The notes below the pieces were generated by a model. It was not told the origin of the DNA and did no database searches. It saw nothing but the letters and a program-made list of their open reading frames with translations. Positions 9,417 through 19,218 of a DNA stretch of 55,569 bases are shown here, piece by piece. Within the stretch, counting starts at the first letter, position 1; every line of letters begins with the position of its first letter. This DNA comes from an uncultured Verrucomicrobiota bacterium (lineage in GTDB: Bacteria > Verrucomicrobiota > Kiritimatiellia > RFP12 > UBA3636), in contig CAMOSH010000003.1 in assembly GCA_946624575.1 (NCBI GenBank), positions 1 to 55,569 of the forward strand. The letters run 5' to 3'. Position numbers and translations under genes: made by a program.

Positions 9417-9504
9417 TCCTTATTGTTCCATGTCTTCGAACTGTTGCCGTCGCCTGACATTGAGGAGTGTCGAACGAGAAAGCGTCAGTTGTCGGACGCG
9501 CCCA

Positions 9505-9534
9505 ATTCTAACGCTCCAGTCGATTTTTGTTCAA
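9505..9534 (-). promoter_or_regulatory. Putative sigma70 promoter of the large toxin gene
   Basis: Minus strand TTGAAC-18 nt-TAGAAT; AAGGAG near the start codon. Confidence 0.4.
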
Positions 9535-9691
9535 TCGCGTAGGTGAAAATATTTGCAAAAGTTTTGAGAAAATTTGAGAGGTGCGCACGATTTTCGCACC
9601 CAAAGGGTTCCGCTAGTAGGAGTCGGAGCACATGACCGCGACAAAATGCGCACTGTTGAAATGCGCGGAAAAATCAGTAGACTTTGGGGCC

Positions 9692-10942
9692 ATGAACAAG
9701 ACATTCCCCGTGCGCCGGCAGTGGATCCCCGGCCTTTTTCAGGTCCATTTCATTCATACCGGCGTCTGCGAATCCCTTTTCATCGTTTTCCCAGACGGCA
9801 CGTCGATGCTGCTTGATTGCGGCGACCAGGCGGCGATAACGCGCGGCGCGCATGCCGTGCCGGTCGTGCCAGGCCCGGAGCGGCTTGCCGGTGAGTGGAT
9901 CGCCCGCTATGTCAAGCGCGTGAATCCTCATGGCGCTGACGTGGATTGGGCCGTGATTTCGCATTTTCACCAGGACCACGCGGGAACTCCGTTCTGGCAG
10001 AAGTTTCCGTACGTTCAGGCGCCTTTTCCCGGGGCTCCGGAGGAACCAGTCCGCATTTCGCCGCAATGCGCGCGAAGTGGAATCGGATTGGCCGCCGAAT
10101 TTTTGAAATTCCGTTTTGCAACGGATAGGGGATGGCCCTCGTACGATGATCCGCTGGCAATCGGAGCCGGGGAGATGTCCGTCGTGTCGCGTCATGTGCG
10201 TTCCGTCTGGGATGCTCTTCAACGGCGCGACGGGCTTTGCGTACAGCACTTCAGACTTGGCGCCACGGACCAGTTCACGCCGCTTCATGGCGAGGCGCCT
10301 GGGTTTTCCGTGAAAAATGTCTGCGCGAACGGGCGCATTGCCATGCCGGACGGCTCCATTCGCGATTTGTACGCTGACGCTATCGCCGAAGGTTCGGTCA
10401 AATCGCCGCTTAACGAAAACTCGTTGAGCCTTGGCATGGTTTTCACCCAGGGGGCGTTCAGGTTCTGCACGTGCGGGGATTTTTCGGACAGGTTCCGCAG
10501 GGCGGATGGACGGTCCGTGTTCGTCGAGGACTTCCTTGGAGACGCAATCGGGCACGTCGATGTCGCGAAAATCACCCATCATGGACATCATTCAGTGGGA
10601 GAACGCCTTGCGCGGGCTCTTTCGCCTCGCGTCTGGGTAGCGCCGGTCTGGGACAACCTGCATTGCACCGACGACTCGATGGAATCAATTTTCGACAGTT
10701 CAAAGCCCGATTCCGAACAGCCGATGCTGCTGACTACGGTGCTGCCCGTGCGCTTCGACGGCGCGCGCCCCTGGTGGAAATTCGTGCCGGACGCCTGCCG
10801 CAGGCATGGCTGCCATGTCGTGCTGTCGGTTCCGCCCGGAGGCCAATCCTGGGAAATCGAACTTCTTGACGCGCGCGACGAGGAGATGCGCGTGTGCGAC
10901 CGGTTCGAATTCGGCGACCGCGGCGCAGTGTCGGGCGCCTGA
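9692..10942 (+). CDS. Metallo-beta-lactamase-fold hydrolase (ComEC/Rec2-like)
   Basis: LLDCG, SHFHQDHAG (HxHxDH), NENSL, CGDF and HHG motifs. Start placed at 9692 because TTGAAA-16-TAGACT (9656-9683) lies just upstream; 9632 is an alternative. Confidence 0.8.
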   Translation: MNKTFPVRRQWIPGLFQVHFIHTGVCESLFIVFPDGTSMLLDCGDQAAITRGAHAVPVVPGPERLAGEWIARYVKRVNPHGADVDWAVISHFHQDHAGTPFWQKFPYVQAPFPGAPEEPVRISPQCARSGIGLAAEFLKFRFATDRGWPSYDDPLAIGAGEMSVVSRHVRSVWDALQRRDGLCVQHFRLGATDQFTPLHGEAPGFSVKNVCANGRIAMPDGSIRDLYADAIAEGSVKSPLNENSLSLGMVFTQGAFRFCTCGDFSDRFRRADGRSVFVEDFLGDAIGHVDVAKITHHGHHSVGERLARALSPRVWVAPVWDNLHCTDDSMESIFDSSKPDSEQPMLLTTVLPVRFDGARPWWKFVPDACRRHGCHVVLSVPPGGQSWEIELLDARDEEMRVCDRFEFGDRGAVSGA

Positions 10943-10975
10943 GGACGGGCGCCCTGCGCGCCGCGCGCGGACTTT

Positions 10976-12055
10976 CTATGCGCGAAACACGAATGTCCGC
11001 TGGATGGCAAAGCTGCCGAAGAAGAGCACAAAGTCCACGACAGCCTTTGCGACAGCCGCCGGCGTCCCCGGAAGCACGGCGAGCCAGATTTTGGAGAACA
11101 GCCACGACGCGGCCAGCAGCACAGCCGCAAGCGCAAGGTAGCGCGGCAGCGATCGAGGCGAACCCGCGACGCGCTTGAGGCGCGGGCGGAACACGAGATA
11201 GCGGTTGCCGAGGTAGTTGAACGCCGTCGAAACGCATCGCGCGATGGCTACGGACATGAGCAGCCTTGCGGAGGCGGTTTCTGGAAATACGAAGGTCCAC
11301 AGCAGGCAGAACGCCCCGATGTCCACGCCGAAGGATAGAAGCGACACCGCAGTGAATCCGGCAAGTCGTTTGCAGATTGGCCGCAGCACAAGCTTGACGA
11401 TTGGAATGGAGTCGGCAACCGGGCGGAAATGGGAGCCGCGGTTTTCGTTTTCGTATATGGTCAGAATCTGGAATTTTTCGAGTGGAAGCGGCGCCGCGCG
11501 CAGGAGCATTTCGCTTTCGAATTCAAATCGTTCGCCGGGAGCGTCGAGCAGTTCGCGCATGAACGCGGACGGTATCCCGCGAAGCCCGGTTTGCGTATCC
11601 TGAAAATCGCGGCCAGTGGCGAGCTTGAACAGGAAACGCATCCAGCGGTTGCCGAAGGAGCTGCGCGGCGGCACGTCGGGGCCGTCGAAACGGCGGCATC
11701 CGAGTACCAGCGCGTCAGGGTGCGTTTCAAGCAGGCGGATCGCCTCCACGACGTCCTGCACGGAGTGCTGGCCATCCGAATCGGCCGTGACGCAGCCGAC
11801 GGCGTCCGGCCAAGTTTTGAGGATGTGTTCGAAGGCGGTTTTGAGCGCGCGCCCCTTGCCGCGATTCACGTCATGGGACAGGAGCGTTGAATTCTCCCCG
11901 GCGGCGCGCATCGCCGCGTCGAAAACCGTGGCGGACTCCGGCCTGCTCCCGTCGTCGACGAACACGAACGGCGAATCGGTGGCGGCTCGGAGTCTTTTCA
12001 CGTAATCCGGGAATCCGGCATCCGGATCAAGAGCTGGGATCACTATTGCGGTCAT
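10976..12055 (-). CDS. Bifunctional GT2 glycosyltransferase / GtrA-like protein
   Basis: VIPALDPD, VDDGS, NRGKGRALK, ADSDGQH, DTQTGLRG; C-terminal 4-TM GtrA region (NYLGNRYLVF). Confidence 0.9.
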   Translation of the reverse strand: MTAIVIPALDPDAGFPDYVKRLRAATDSPFVFVDDGSRPESATVFDAAMRAAGENSTLLSHDVNRGKGRALKTAFEHILKTWPDAVGCVTADSDGQHSVQDVVEAIRLLETHPDALVLGCRRFDGPDVPPRSSFGNRWMRFLFKLATGRDFQDTQTGLRGIPSAFMRELLDAPGERFEFESEMLLRAAPLPLEKFQILTIYENENRGSHFRPVADSIPIVKLVLRPICKRLAGFTAVSLLSFGVDIGAFCLLWTFVFPETASARLLMSVAIARCVSTAFNYLGNRYLVFRPRLKRVAGSPRSLPRYLALAAVLLAASWLFSKIWLAVLPGTPAAVAKAVVDFVLFFGSFAIQRTFVFRA

Positions 12056-12083
12056 GTCGGATTTGCGGGGATGGACTTGTTTT

Positions 12084-13289
12084 TCAGAAGTTCCCCGGAG
12101 ACGGGGATTCAGGTGACGGGTGCGAAAGGTTGGCTCCTAGGTCCTCCGCGTCGTCGCCAAGGGTCCTCAGCGCCACAGTGTTGCCGATTGCGGAATTGAT
12201 GCGCGCGCGCAGCGTCGGGTCCGACGAGGCGGCCGACGAGGCGGCAATCGCCTCCAGGGTGGCCGAAAGTTCCTCGATGTTCATCTTCGCGGAACGGTGG
12301 AACGAGACGAAGCGATCCACGGCGTGGCGCAGCGTTTCAACGTCGTGCTCCGCCGCGATGAAGCGGTCCCGGTCGGTAAGATCGGTGAGCGACAGGACGG
12401 CGCCGATCGCGTTGCCGTCGGAATCGCGGTTGCAGGATGCGCGGATCTCGACGCGGAAAGTCTCGCCGTCGGCGCGTCTGGCCATCGTTTCACCGGCGGT
12501 GTCGTAGGTTTCTCCCGCAAGAGAGTCTATGACGGCCTGCCCGTCGACGGGATTCACCAGCAAATCCCCCACGGGGCGCCCCACGATGTCGCCTGGTTCC
12601 CGCAGGTGCCAGATTCTGGCTGTTGCGGGATTTGCGTATTCTATCCGCGTGTCAAGGGCGACCACGACGATAGCGTCGCTCGAGTTCTGGAGCGCGTTGT
12701 GTTCGGTGCGGAGCATTTCGCCTTCCTGCCGGCGTCGCGTTTCGTCGCGCACGAGGAAGCAGAGATGGGGCGTGGACAGCCGTATCGGGGAGACCGCGAT
12801 TTCAGCGGGGAAGCTCGTTCCGTCGGCGCGGGTGCAGGAGGCTTGGAGCACGGTGAACGTTTCGCGCCTGAGATTCTCGTAGAGGGTGCGCACGAGATCA
12901 GCGTCCGCGCCGGCCACGAGATCCGACACCGAAAGATGGGAGAAGCGGTTCGGGTCGTAGCCGAAGGCGGAGTGCGCGCGCTTGTTGGCGATGCGGATGC
13001 GCCCGTGGAGATCGGTGACAATCGCGGCGTCGTAGATGTTCTGGAAAAGTTCCGCGTATATGGCTTCCGAGCGCGAGGCCGGGGCGCCGCCGATTGCGGT
13101 CTGCGGCTGCGGCGCCGGCGGCGGCTGTGGAGGCAGGCGCTGGGGCGGGGGGGGAGGCATCGCGGACAGGCGCTGCGGCGGCGCGTCCGGCGAACGGAAC
13201 GGCTGCACCGTCTTCGGACGTATGGAAAGCGGAATGTCCGAAATTTCCGGGATCAGGTCGATCCGCATTGTCGTCGATTTCGAGTTCAT
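12084..13289 (-). CDS. Tandem PAS-domain protein
   Basis: Two PAS folds (IYDAAIVTDLHGRIRIAN..RADGTSFPAEI; SSDAIVVV..IEYANPA..RRADGETF). Start ATG 13289 overlaps the nadE stop (ATGA). Confidence 0.8.
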   Translation of the reverse strand: MNSKSTTMRIDLIPEISDIPLSIRPKTVQPFRSPDAPPQRLSAMPPPPPQRLPPQPPPAPQPQTAIGGAPASRSEAIYAELFQNIYDAAIVTDLHGRIRIANKRAHSAFGYDPNRFSHLSVSDLVAGADADLVRTLYENLRRETFTVLQASCTRADGTSFPAEIAVSPIRLSTPHLCFLVRDETRRRQEGEMLRTEHNALQNSSDAIVVVALDTRIEYANPATARIWHLREPGDIVGRPVGDLLVNPVDGQAVIDSLAGETYDTAGETMARRADGETFRVEIRASCNRDSDGNAIGAVLSLTDLTDRDRFIAAEHDVETLRHAVDRFVSFHRSAKMNIEELSATLEAIAASSAASSDPTLRARINSAIGNTVALRTLGDDAEDLGANLSHPSPESPSPGNF

Positions 13290-15229
13290 GGTCTGAATGC
13301 GGAGAAAGATGCGTCTGGCGGGCAGCGCCAGTCGCCACGCGGGGAAAGTGCGACGGTTCCCACCTTGGGGCCGTCCGGCGAAGCGTTGCGCTTGTATTGC
13401 TGGGAGATGAAGCGTGAGCAGAAAGTGCGCAGGGCCGCGTCGGTTTCCCCGGGTGTGGTTTCGTCTCCGAAGGCGGCGAGCGCAAGGTCGCGCAGGGCGG
13501 CCGGGGTTTCGCCGTACTTCACGGCGTAGTAGAGGAAGAAGTCGTGCAGGTCGTAGCGCCCAAGCGTGTTTTCGGTGCTTTGCGAGCCTCCTGGCAGAAG
13601 TTCCGGTGACACCGGCGTGTCGCGTATGTCGCGCAGGACTTTCGCGAGCGCGTCGCTCCCTTCTTCGGCAGCGCGATCCGCAGCCCATTCCACGATGTGG
13701 CGCATGAGCGTTTTCGGGACTCCGCAGTTGGGGTTGTACATCGACATCTGGTCGCCGTTGAACGTGGACCATCCCAGCGCGATTTCAGAGAGATCGCCAG
13801 TGCCGACGACAAAGCCGCGCTCCTGGTTCGCCAGATCCATCAGTATCTGCGTCCGTTCGCGCGCCTGCGAATTCTCGTACGTGACGTCGCGGACGGCGGG
13901 GTCGTGCCCGATGTCGGAAAAATGCCGTTCGACCGCAGGGCCGATCGGGATCTCGCGGAGTTCGGCGCCGATGGCGTCGGCGAGGATTTCGGCGTTGCCG
14001 CGCGTGCGCGCGGTCGTTCCGAACCCCGGCATCGTGACCGCGAGAGTGAAGGAGCGCGGCAGTTCGAGAATGTCCGTCGCTCGCGCGCACACCAGCATCG
14101 CGAGGGTGGAGTCCAGTCCTCCCGACACGCCCAGCAGGAGGCGGCGTGCGCCCGTGTGCTCGATGCGCTTGGCAAGACCTGCGGCCTGGATGTCGAGGAT
14201 TTCGCGGCATCGGACGGCTCGCTCCCGCGTGTCGCGCGGGACGAACGGATGTGCGTCAAGGCGGGCGAACGACAAATCTGGCGAGCGCCTTGCGGGAGGC
14301 GCTTCCACAATGCGCCCCGGCACACCGGGATCGGAATCGAGAAAGCTTGTGGCCGTGGCGCGCAACGTGTCGCACCACGTCGGATTGACGTCGGCGAAGA
14401 CGATGGATCCGGAACGCTGGAAGCGCTCGTTTTCCGCGAGCACGCCGCCGTTGAAGGCGATCATCGCATGCCCGGAAAACACGGCGTCGGCGGTGGATTC
14501 GTGGACTCCGGCCCCGGCGTATGCGTAGATGCCGCAAATGCGGCCGCTCTGGCCGGATACGAGAGCGCGGCGCCATTCCGCCTTGCCCACCAGCTCGGTG
14601 CCGGCCGATAGGTTGAAAATGGCCTGCGCGCCGCGGAGCGCCAGAGCCCCGGACGGCGGGTTCACGCTCCAGAGATCCTCGCATATCTCCACTCCGAAGC
14701 GGAATTCCCCGCCGCCATTTCCGTCGTCGCGGCAGCGAAACACCAGCGACGCCCCGGCGGGCACGTCGAATCCGCCGAAACGCACCGTTTCGCCGTCGAA
14801 TTCGCGGGCCGGCCGGAAATGCCGCTTTTCGTAGAATTCGCGGTATTCGGGCAGGAAGGACTTGAATGGAAAACCTATCGCGCGGCCGTCGGCAAGCACC
14901 GCCGCCGCGTCGAACAGACGGGCTCCGACGCGCACCGGCGTGCCCACGACGAGGATGCATCGCCGGCCAGCCGTCGCAGCCGCGAGCGTCGCGAGCGCGT
15001 TCCCGGCCGCATCCAGCAGCGACTTGGTGCCGAAGAGATCGCCGCATGTGTAGCCGGTCACCGAGAGTTCGGGAAACACGGCTACGGCCGCGCCGGCCTC
15101 TTCGGCCTTGGCGTACAGTTCCAGAATCTGCTCCGCGTTCCATTCGGGATCGGCCACGCGAAGGCGCGGAACGCACGATGCAATGCGTATGAAGCCGGGG
15201 GCTCCGTTCATGGGCTGGTCAGTTTTCAA
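13286..15229 (-). CDS. nadE: Glutamine-dependent NAD+ synthetase
   Basis: Nitrilase domain (FPELSVTGY, EFYEKR, EICEDLW) plus synthetase domain (GVSGGLDST, YENSQARER, GTGDLSE). Confidence 0.97.
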   Translation of the reverse strand: MKTDQPMNGAPGFIRIASCVPRLRVADPEWNAEQILELYAKAEEAGAAVAVFPELSVTGYTCGDLFGTKSLLDAAGNALATLAAATAGRRCILVVGTPVRVGARLFDAAAVLADGRAIGFPFKSFLPEYREFYEKRHFRPAREFDGETVRFGGFDVPAGASLVFRCRDDGNGGGEFRFGVEICEDLWSVNPPSGALALRGAQAIFNLSAGTELVGKAEWRRALVSGQSGRICGIYAYAGAGVHESTADAVFSGHAMIAFNGGVLAENERFQRSGSIVFADVNPTWCDTLRATATSFLDSDPGVPGRIVEAPPARRSPDLSFARLDAHPFVPRDTRERAVRCREILDIQAAGLAKRIEHTGARRLLLGVSGGLDSTLAMLVCARATDILELPRSFTLAVTMPGFGTTARTRGNAEILADAIGAELREIPIGPAVERHFSDIGHDPAVRDVTYENSQARERTQILMDLANQERGFVVGTGDLSEIALGWSTFNGDQMSMYNPNCGVPKTLMRHIVEWAADRAAEEGSDALAKVLRDIRDTPVSPELLPGGSQSTENTLGRYDLHDFFLYYAVKYGETPAALRDLALAAFGDETTPGETDAALRTFCSRFISQQYKRNASPDGPKVGTVALSPRGDWRCPPDASFSAFRP

Positions 15230-15238
15230 TGGTTTTCG

Positions 15239-16018
15239 TCATGATTGGAAACGGGAAAGGAAGGCCCGCGTCCGCTCGTTTCGCGGATGGCAGATGACCT
15301 CTCTGGAGGGACCTTCTTCGGCGACGGTTCCGCCGTCGAGAAATATGACGCGGTCGGAAACGTCGCGCGCGAAGGACATTTCGTGCGTCACGATGACCAT
15401 GGTCATGCGTTCGTCGGCCAGGCCGCGGATGACCTTGAGTATCTCCCCGGTCAGTTCGGGGTCGAGCGCGGACGTCGGCTCGTCAAAGAAAAGGACTTCT
15501 GGATCCAGCGCCAGGGCGCGCGCTATCGAGACGCGCTGCTGCTGGCCACCCGAAAGTTCCCAGGGATACGCATTCGCCTTTTCCGCAAGTCCCATCTTGC
15601 CAAGCAGAGCCGTCGCGTGGGCGACGGCTTCGTCACGCGAACGTCCGAGTACGACGCGCTGCGCTTCGGTCACGTTGCGAAGGACCGAGAAATGCGGGAA
15701 CAGGTTGAAGTTCTGGAACACCAGCCCGATGCGAAGCCCGATCTTGCGCCGCACGGCGAGCGGCGCGTATTTTCCGTCGCGCACGAGACAGTCCCCGCCC
15801 ACCGAGATCGAACCCGACGAAACGGGTTCCAGCCCGACCACGCAGCGCAACAGCGTCGATTTGCCTCCGCCAGAGGGTCCTATGATGGCCAGGACTTCCC
15901 CGCGCGCCAGCGAAAACGAGACGCCGTGAAGCACTTCGGTTTCCCCGAACGATTTGCGCAAGTCCTGCACGCGAAGCAGCTTCCCGCAATCCGACGCCGG
16001 TAGTTTCGTTTCTTCCAT
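15239..16018 (-). CDS. Polar amino-acid ABC transporter ATP-binding protein (GlnQ-like)
   Basis: GPSGGGKST, VFQNFNLFPH, LSGGQQQR, FDEPTSALDPEL, VTHEM. Confidence 0.93.
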   Translation of the reverse strand: MEETKLPASDCGKLLRVQDLRKSFGETEVLHGVSFSLARGEVLAIIGPSGGGKSTLLRCVVGLEPVSSGSISVGGDCLVRDGKYAPLAVRRKIGLRIGLVFQNFNLFPHFSVLRNVTEAQRVVLGRSRDEAVAHATALLGKMGLAEKANAYPWELSGGQQQRVSIARALALDPEVLFFDEPTSALDPELTGEILKVIRGLADERMTMVIVTHEMSFARDVSDRVIFLDGGTVAEEGPSREVICHPRNERTRAFLSRFQS

Positions 16019-16233
16019 GGGATTTATCTGTTATCGTTCCGCCACGCGGAACGGCAAAAAGGGTACCACAATCCCGGATGCCGCGCAAGAAGCGGCGTCG
16101 TTTTTTCGACGATCTGACGGCAATGGCTGCGTCGGACTTCAAAAAAATGCGGTCATGGCCAACAGGGGGGGGCTTTTTTTCGGGAGCTCATGATGGTATC
16201 ATCGCCCCGCACCGCACGAAAGGGCCAAAAGTC

Positions 16234-16662
16234 ATGACAATTCACCAGATTTCTCTTTTCCTCGAAAACAAGCCCGGGCGCCTCTCCGCGATTTGCAGGG
16301 CGCTGACCGAGGGCGGAGTCAACATCGCGTCGCTGTCGCTCGCCGACACATCGGAGTTCGGCATAGTCCGCCTCCTCGTGGATCGCTGGGAAAAGGCCCG
16401 CGACATTCTCAGGGGCGCCGGGTTCGGATCGAACGTCCGCGAGGTCGTGGCAGTCGCCGCGCCGGACGAGCCGGGCGTTCTCGCAAAAATCCTGGAAACC
16501 GTCGATGCCGCGGGCTTGAGCGTCGAGTACATGTACGCCTTTGCCGTCGCGCGCGGCACGTCAGCGCGCCTGGTGTTCCGGTTTGACGACACGGAGAAGG
16601 CTGTCGCCGCGCTTTCCGCCGCTGGCTGGAAGCTTCTCGACGAGGCGGCCCTTTTCGCCTAA
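16234..16662 (+). CDS. Double ACT domain protein
   Basis: MTIHQISLFLENKPGRL...SLADTSEFGIVRL...PDEPG...EYMYAF. Confidence 0.9.
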   Translation: MTIHQISLFLENKPGRLSAICRALTEGGVNIASLSLADTSEFGIVRLLVDRWEKARDILRGAGFGSNVREVVAVAAPDEPGVLAKILETVDAAGLSVEYMYAFAVARGTSARLVFRFDDTEKAVAALSAAGWKLLDEAALFA

Positions 16663-16667
16663 CGGCC

Positions 16668-18254
16668 ATGCCGCGCCTCTTCCGGCGCCCGTTTTTCACG
16701 TTTGTCTTTGTCGCGGCCCTTTTCGCATGGGCCGCGGCGTTTCCGTCTTCCAGGTCGTTTTGGCTTGACGAGGTACGGAGCGCCGCAAAGGCGGTTTGCG
16801 CCACTTTCGGCGAGTTTCGCTCCGAGCTCCTGCTGACTGGCGGCTCTGACGTCCAGATGCCGCTTTACATGGCCGCGCTTTGGCTGTGGGAAAAGGTTTT
16901 CGGAGGTTCTGAACTAGTTCTTCGGCGCTTCAATCTTGTTTTCTTCGCGCTGGCCGTATTTGCTATGCTGCGGAGTGCTCGTGGCGTTCCGCGCCGCGTC
17001 CGCATGTTCTGGTGCCTTTTTTTCGCGCTGTCCCCTGCGGTCGCGTTTTATCTCGACGAGGCCCGCCCGTATGTCATGCTCGCGTCCGGAGGGGCGCTCG
17101 TCGCGGCCGGTCTCGCCGGAGCGCCGCGTGACGGATCTCTTGGCGCCCACGATGTGCGGACTGCGCTCTGCGGCTGCGTTCTGCTCGCCGCAACCAGCTT
17201 GACGGGCGCCGTTTTTTCGGCTTGTCCATGCCTGTTCCTTGCATGGCGTGCCGCCCGCGACGCCCGAAACGGATCGTTGTGCGGAGCATTGCGGCGCAAT
17301 CCGGTTGCGGTTCCTCTGGCAGGCGCCGCGCTGGCGGCGCTTCTCGCGTACTACGTCTGGACTCTGCTGGCGGGATTTCGCGGAACTCATGCCTATTCGA
17401 CGAATTTGCTCACTCTCGGGCATTGCGCATACGAGCTGACCGGCGCGGCTGGGCTGGGGCCGGCGCGCGACGTCCTGCGCGGCCCGGAACCGCTTCGCGC
17501 GCTGCGCGGATTTGCGCTTCCGCTTGGCGTGTTCGCCGCCGCATGGCTGGCGTATGCAAGCGCCTGGATTTGCTCCGTTCGCGTGCGCGGAGATTCTCCA
17601 ATGCGGCGGATCGGCGCAGCTCTCCGCTCACCGCTCTTCGTCTGCACCGCCATTTCCGTTGCGATGCTTGTCGCTGGCGGCGTGATTTCGGACTTGCGGA
17701 TACTGGCTCGTCATCTGATTCCGTCTTTGCCGCCGCTCCTGCTGGCTCTGGCGTACGCGGCGGACGAGATATGGGGGGCGGGATTCTCGCGTCGGCGAAT
17801 CGCCGTCGCGGTCCTGTGCGCGGTATGGTGCGTTTCGGCGCTGTCGCAGCGTTTCAATCCCCGCCACAGTCGCGACGACGACCGTTCGGCGGCGGCGTTC
17901 GCCAGGGCCGCCGCGATCAACGGCGCCCGCGTCTGGTGGGGTGGCGACAAGTGGACGTTCGAGTACTATCCCGGAGAACTGCTGGACTCTCCGGATGCCT
18001 GCACCGGGGTGGGGCAGGGCGGGGCGCCTGCGGTACGCGGAAGCGACGCGTCCGGAATTTCACTTTTCCCGAAAACATCGGAGCTGGAGACGGAAACCGT
18101 CGCGGCCCCGGATGTCGCCGTGTTTTCCGTAAAGTACGACATTTCAGATCCCGACGGCTCTCGGCGCGAATTCCTCCGGGCGGCGGGACTCGCCCACGAC
18201 AAGTCCGTTTCGATTCGCGGATTCGTCGTCTGGACCCGGGAACGTCGGCGCTGA
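16668..18254 (+). CDS. GT-C fold polytopic membrane glycosyltransferase (PMT/GT39-like)
   Basis: SFWLDE, PLY..LW.W, SE..LR and EARPY motifs; many TM segments. Confidence 0.75.
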   Translation: MPRLFRRPFFTFVFVAALFAWAAAFPSSRSFWLDEVRSAAKAVCATFGEFRSELLLTGGSDVQMPLYMAALWLWEKVFGGSELVLRRFNLVFFALAVFAMLRSARGVPRRVRMFWCLFFALSPAVAFYLDEARPYVMLASGGALVAAGLAGAPRDGSLGAHDVRTALCGCVLLAATSLTGAVFSACPCLFLAWRAARDARNGSLCGALRRNPVAVPLAGAALAALLAYYVWTLLAGFRGTHAYSTNLLTLGHCAYELTGAAGLGPARDVLRGPEPLRALRGFALPLGVFAAAWLAYASAWICSVRVRGDSPMRRIGAALRSPLFVCTAISVAMLVAGGVISDLRILARHLIPSLPPLLLALAYAADEIWGAGFSRRRIAVAVLCAVWCVSALSQRFNPRHSRDDDRSAAAFARAAAINGARVWWGGDKWTFEYYPGELLDSPDACTGVGQGGAPAVRGSDASGISLFPKTSELETETVAAPDVAVFSVKYDISDPDGSRREFLRAAGLAHDKSVSIRGFVVWTRERRR

Positions 18255-18416
18255 CGAGAGAGAGCTCAATCCTGCGCGTCGCGCGGCGATTTGATTCCGC
18301 CTCCGGGGGATGTCGTGCAGCGGAAATACGAAAAAGCCGGTCGCGGCATTGAGCGCGACCGGCTTTGCGATTGTCCACCCGAGTGTGGTGGAGCGTGGGG
18401 GGCGAGATGGCGGAAC

Positions 18417-18941
18417 TTACGCGGCAGGTGTGACGGCGGCTGTCTCGACCGCGGTCTGGGCGGCGTCTGCCGCTTCCTCGGCACCAAGGCCGAGAATGCC
18501 GAAAATGGCGAACACCATCACGAAAATCGCGACCGTCTCGATGACGCCGATGGCCGCGAGGTAGTTCGTGAAGCCCTTGCCGGTCTCGGCCTGGGCGTCT
18601 GCGCCGGCCGCGGCGGCCTGCCCCTGGAATATCGCCGAAGCGCAAATGCCGGCACCGGCCGCAAACGCTATCACGAGAGCCGCGATTCCGGCGCCCGGGA
18701 TGGGATTCTTGGCGACGTTCAGGAGCATCGACATCAGAATCATGCCGTAAAGCGTCTGCGTGAGAGGGGCGCCAACGAATGTGAAAAGCGTGTAGGGCGC
18801 GGGCTTTTCCTGGGCGTAGCATTTTTTCCAGGCGCCGATCGTGGCGCAGGCGGCCTTGCCAATCCCGATGGCAGAGCCAAGGGCGCTTGTGCCGACCACG
18901 GCGATTGCGCTGGCGATGCAGAGTGCGGTGTCGTATTGCAT
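18417..18941 (-). CDS. atpK: V/A-type ATPase proteolipid subunit K
   Basis: Four TM helices; GSAIGIG, GAWKKCY, APLTQTLYG, FQG, GKGFTNYL, GVIETVAIF. Confidence 0.9.
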   Translation of the reverse strand: MQYDTALCIASAIAVVGTSALGSAIGIGKAACATIGAWKKCYAQEKPAPYTLFTFVGAPLTQTLYGMILMSMLLNVAKNPIPGAGIAALVIAFAAGAGICASAIFQGQAAAAGADAQAETGKGFTNYLAAIGVIETVAIFVMVFAIFGILGLGAEEAADAAQTAVETAAVTPAA

Positions 18942-19182
18942 GGCGTTGTCCCGAATTGTTTTTGTGTTGGCGTTTGCAGATTCTTGTGTAATTCCCTCCG
19001 GACTGCCGGATTTCGGAATTCGCATCCTTCGGAATTGGCGCGGATTATCGCACCTCGGGCTTCAAAATGCAACGAAAAAGAGTTTTCGACAAGGACCGAC
19101 GCATAAAAACCGTTTTCACGCCGTCGGCGGCGCAAACGTGTTTTTTTTATGCGTCGGCCATAATGCGACCGACGATTACGTA

Positions 19183-19211
19183 TTGCCAAGTGGCGCGCGG
19201 TCCGGTATCAT
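19183..19211 (+). promoter_or_regulatory. Putative sigma70 promoter of the RHS gene (leaderless)
   Basis: TTGCCA-17 nt-TATCAT, ATG 7 nt downstream. Confidence 0.55.
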
Positions 19212-19218
19212 TTCGGCC

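Noticed and set aside
13290-13772. Long N-terminal extension of the PAS ORF
   Set aside because: Overlaps nadE in another frame; the ATGA-coupled start at 13289 is more plausible
18942-19045. atpK leader with repeated AATTCCGAA as a possible riboswitch
   Set aside because: No recognisable aptamer consensus; an Rfam search would be needed
18841-19218. N-terminal extension of the RHS ORF
   Set aside because: Overlaps atpK antisense and the promoter region; the signal peptide starts at 19219
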